From the NCBI GenBank assembly GCA_963806535.1, contig CAWDYC010000006.1, positions 125,545 to 189,544 of the forward strand: DNA of 64,000 bases, read 5' to 3'. Of the stretch, positions 61,456-64,000 are shown one piece after another. The notes below the pieces were generated by a model. It ran no database searches, had not been told where the DNA came from, and worked only from the letters and a program-made list of their open reading frames with translations. The stretch is from Candidatus Bathyarchaeota archaeon (GTDB taxonomy: Archaea; Thermoproteota; Bathyarchaeia; Bathyarchaeales; Bathycorpusculaceae). How positions within the stretch are numbered: the stretch's first letter is position 1; each line of letters opens with the position of its first letter. The position numbers were made by a program, and so were the translations under genes.

Positions 61456-64000
61456 GTGAAGAAAGTGAAAAAATCTAAATTCTTAACATTAATCATTGTC
61501 ACAATAATTTTCATACAGTTATTTGCATTTTCGAGTCTAATTCAAGTAAACGGTTATTCAACCTCTTTGCGAGCATCAGATTCCAATTCCCAAAATAACA
61601 TTCAAAAAGCCACAATTGCCAGCGGTCAAAACTTGTACAGCTTTCTCAACTTGATTAATCTTAACAAACATGACATTTTTCAAAACCGCAGTGTAGATCA
61701 TATAGTCATAAGTCCAAAGAAGGCAACGATTGTTGCTGGACAATCCCAAACATATGTAGCTTTTTCATATAATAGAGCAGGACATAGTCGCGACGTTTCG
61801 ACTCTTCCAGGAACAGTTTGGAGTATTGACAGTGGCGCCGGAACTTATGTTTGGACAGGCAACTCTATGCAAGTCACTAAAGAAGGCACTTGGACAGTTA
61901 CCGCAACTTACAAAGGAAAATCTGATACAGCTTCCTTAACAGTAACTCCTGCAAACTCTATTTCCCCAAACTGTGATGAACTGGATTACATCACCGCTTC
62001 CATCGATCCAACAACTGTTTCGGCACCCGACATTGTTACTGGAACGGCTACCGCATTTGACACCTCCGGAAACAGCTGGGATATAAGCAATCTGGCCACC
62101 TGGAGCATTCTCGAAGGCAACGACGGCGGATCCTGGTCAGGAAACATTTACACGTCCAATACCGCTGGAACTTATACAGTTCGAGCTCTCTGTGAAGGCG
62201 TGAGCACAACTGTTTCTCTGACTGTTACTCATTCCACCGACGCAGCATATCTATCATACATTACCGCTTCAATAGATCCAACAACAGTTGCAGCACCAAA
62301 CATCGTAACTGGTACAGCTACTGCTTATGATACGTTTGGCAACAGCTGGGATATCAGTACGTTGGCAACTTGGAGCATTCCTGCTGGTGGTGACGGCGGT
62401 TCATGGTTAAACAATGTTTACGCTTCGAATATGGCAGGAGATTACAATGTTCAAGCTGTTTACGAAGACAAAGTTGCTTCTGCAAGTTTGACCGTTACCC
62501 ACGCAACCGACGAAGCTTATCTCACCTACATTACTGCTTCGATGAATCCAAATAATGTCGCCGCACCCAACATAGCGATTGGTACGGCAACGGCTTATGA
62601 CTCATTTGGAAATAGTTGGGACATAAGTACCATTGCCATGTGGTCTATCCAGGCTGGAGGAGATGGAGGCTCTTGGTCTGGAAATATTTACACATCACAA
62701 GTAGCTGGCACTTATACGGTACAAGCAGCATATCTTAGCAAAACTGCTACTGCCGAGCTAACTGTCACCCATGCAACAGGCCAAGCTTATCTTGACCACA
62801 TTTCCATCGCACCTAAAATAGCCACAGTAAATGCTGGCATTTCACAAGCATACACTGCCACTGCATATGACATATTCGGTAACAACTGGAGCGTAACCGC
62901 AGTTTACAGCAGTATGAATTCAAGCGTTACTGTAACTGGTAACTTAGCATACTCAAATTTCACCGGTAGCTATCCACTGAAAGGAACTTACAATGGACTA
63001 TCTGATACTGCTACATTAACAGTTACTGGGCACTTACCGAACATTGCCTCTATTGCGGTATCGCCCAAAACAGCTTTGATTTTAGCCGGAGCAACTCAAA
63101 CTTTCACTGCTGCTGCTTCAGATGGGTACAACACATGGGACGTTACTAGCATAGTTACATGGAGCATCGACAGCGCCGCAGGCGGTTCTTGGAATCTAAA
63201 TAAATACACTTCGGCCTACAATGGGACTTGGACAGTAAAGGCAACTCTTGGAACACTTTCAGACTCTGCAACTTTGACTGTAATAGCAAATTCAGGGCTG
63301 TTAAACCATATAGTCATCAGTCCAAAGACATCGTCGGTTGCTGCAGGAATACCGGAAAAGTTTACGGCCACAGCCTATGATCTATTTGGCAATAGCTTAG
63401 GAGATGTTTCTTCGCTAACAACCTTTAGTTGTCTTGGGGCTACAGTAACGGGAAACTCTATTAAAACAAATAATGTTGGTTCCTACATTGTTACAGCAAA
63501 TTACACTGGATTAGCTGATGTCGGAAGTTTAACGGTTACTGGTTACGTCGTAACTTTCACTGAGAGCGGATTGAAGACCGGAACAAGTTGGAACGTAACT
63601 TTCGGAGGCCAAAACTACTCTTCTATAACTAGCACGATATTCGTCAGTAATTTATCAGCACAAAGCTATACATGGAACACTTCAAACAACATTCAAAACG
63701 GCCAAACAAGATACATTCCAGGTCAAATATCCGGCAGTTTTTCAGTTCCAAGCCAAGTGGCACAGAACATAGTCTATTCGACGCAATACTTGGTCACCTA
63801 TGCAACGACTGGAAATTTCTTATCTGTCTCAGTTACAGCAAGCGAGTGGGTTAACTCAGGCGGCAAAATTACCGGTTTATTCCCTACTCAAGTCATTAAC
63901 GGACTTCAGGATACACGATGCAACTTCCTAAGCGATAACCGTTCAGCAACCATTTCCCAGCCAACGACAATTACAGGAACCTACCAAACCCAATATTACC
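61456..64000 (+). CDS. Large secreted surface protein with Big-2-like Ig repeats (partial, runs off the window; absent from the ORF track)
   Basis: Translated by hand: VKKVKKSKFLTLIIVTIIFIQLFAFSSL signal, open to 64000; three ~90-aa repeats (YITAS..P..V.AP...G.ATA.D..GNSWDIS..A.WSI) at 270-bp spacing; later VTFTESGL..GTSWNVTF repeat. Confidence 0.85.
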   Translation, partial: MKKVKKSKFLTLIIVTIIFIQLFAFSSLIQVNGYSTSLRASDSNSQNNIQKATIASGQNLYSFLNLINLNKHDIFQNRSVDHIVISPKKATIVAGQSQTYVAFSYNRAGHSRDVSTLPGTVWSIDSGAGTYVWTGNSMQVTKEGTWTVTATYKGKSDTASLTVTPANSISPNCDELDYITASIDPTTVSAPDIVTGTATAFDTSGNSWDISNLATWSILEGNDGGSWSGNIYTSNTAGTYTVRALCEGVSTTVSLTVTHSTDAAYLSYITASIDPTTVAAPNIVTGTATAYDTFGNSWDISTLATWSIPAGGDGGSWLNNVYASNMAGDYNVQAVYEDKVASASLTVTHATDEAYLTYITASMNPNNVAAPNIAIGTATAYDSFGNSWDISTIAMWSIQAGGDGGSWSGNIYTSQVAGTYTVQAAYLSKTATAELTVTHATGQAYLDHISIAPKIATVNAGISQAYTATAYDIFGNNWSVTAVYSSMNSSVTVTGNLAYSNFTGSYPLKGTYNGLSDTATLTVTGHLPNIASIAVSPKTALILAGATQTFTAAASDGYNTWDVTSIVTWSIDSAAGGSWNLNKYTSAYNGTWTVKATLGTLSDSATLTVIANSGLLNHIVISPKTSSVAAGIPEKFTATAYDLFGNSLGDVSSLTTFSCLGATVTGNSIKTNNVGSYIVTANYTGLADVGSLTVTGYVVTFTESGLKTGTSWNVTFGGQNYSSITSTIFVSNLSAQSYTWNTSNNIQNGQTRYIPGQISGSFSVPSQVAQNIVYSTQYLVTYATTGNFLSVSVTASEWVNSGGKITGLFPTQVINGLQDTRCNFLSDNRSATISQPTTITGTYQTQYY

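Noticed and set aside
63672-63854. 60-aa ORF in the track
   Set aside because: Out-of-frame shadow inside the long 61456->64000 ORF.

Overview
Archaeal DNA, probably Bathyarchaeia. This is inferred from DUF1616 genes, frequent TTG/GTG starts and the style of the Ig-repeat/PT-linker surface proteins; no marker gene is present. 1-9 kb: membrane complex operon (DUF1616 pair, DUF4129, DUF4350, MoxR AAA ATPase, DUF58). 9-12 kb: small membrane proteins sharing a hairpin module. 12-59 kb: a large cell-surface glycosylation locus with 12 clear GT2/GT4 glycosyltransferases plus 2 GT-A-like ORFs, a flippase, a multi-TM GT-C/Wzy-like protein, 4 SAM methyltransferases, 2 APH-like kinases, 2 deacetylases, an acetyltransferase, a DegT aminotransferase and three paralogous secreted PT-linker/CBM-like proteins. 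Main points of interest: (1) a comA-comB-ATP-grasp ligase cassette inside the glycan locus, suggesting sulfolactyl-amide decoration of glycans rather than coenzyme M synthesis; (2) a 553-bp near-perfect inverted repeat inside two convergent surface-protein genes, bracketing 14 glycan genes (possible invertible cassette or gene conversion); (3) a diverged inverted non-coding element with 10-bp periodic repeats at 11.3 kb and 59.1 kb that brackets the whole locus; (4) a Pycsar-like class III cyclase with no visible effector. Three genes carry single-base frameshifts. A long Ig-repeat ORF missing from the supplied track runs off the right edge. All family assignments come from motif recognition by eye, not database searches.
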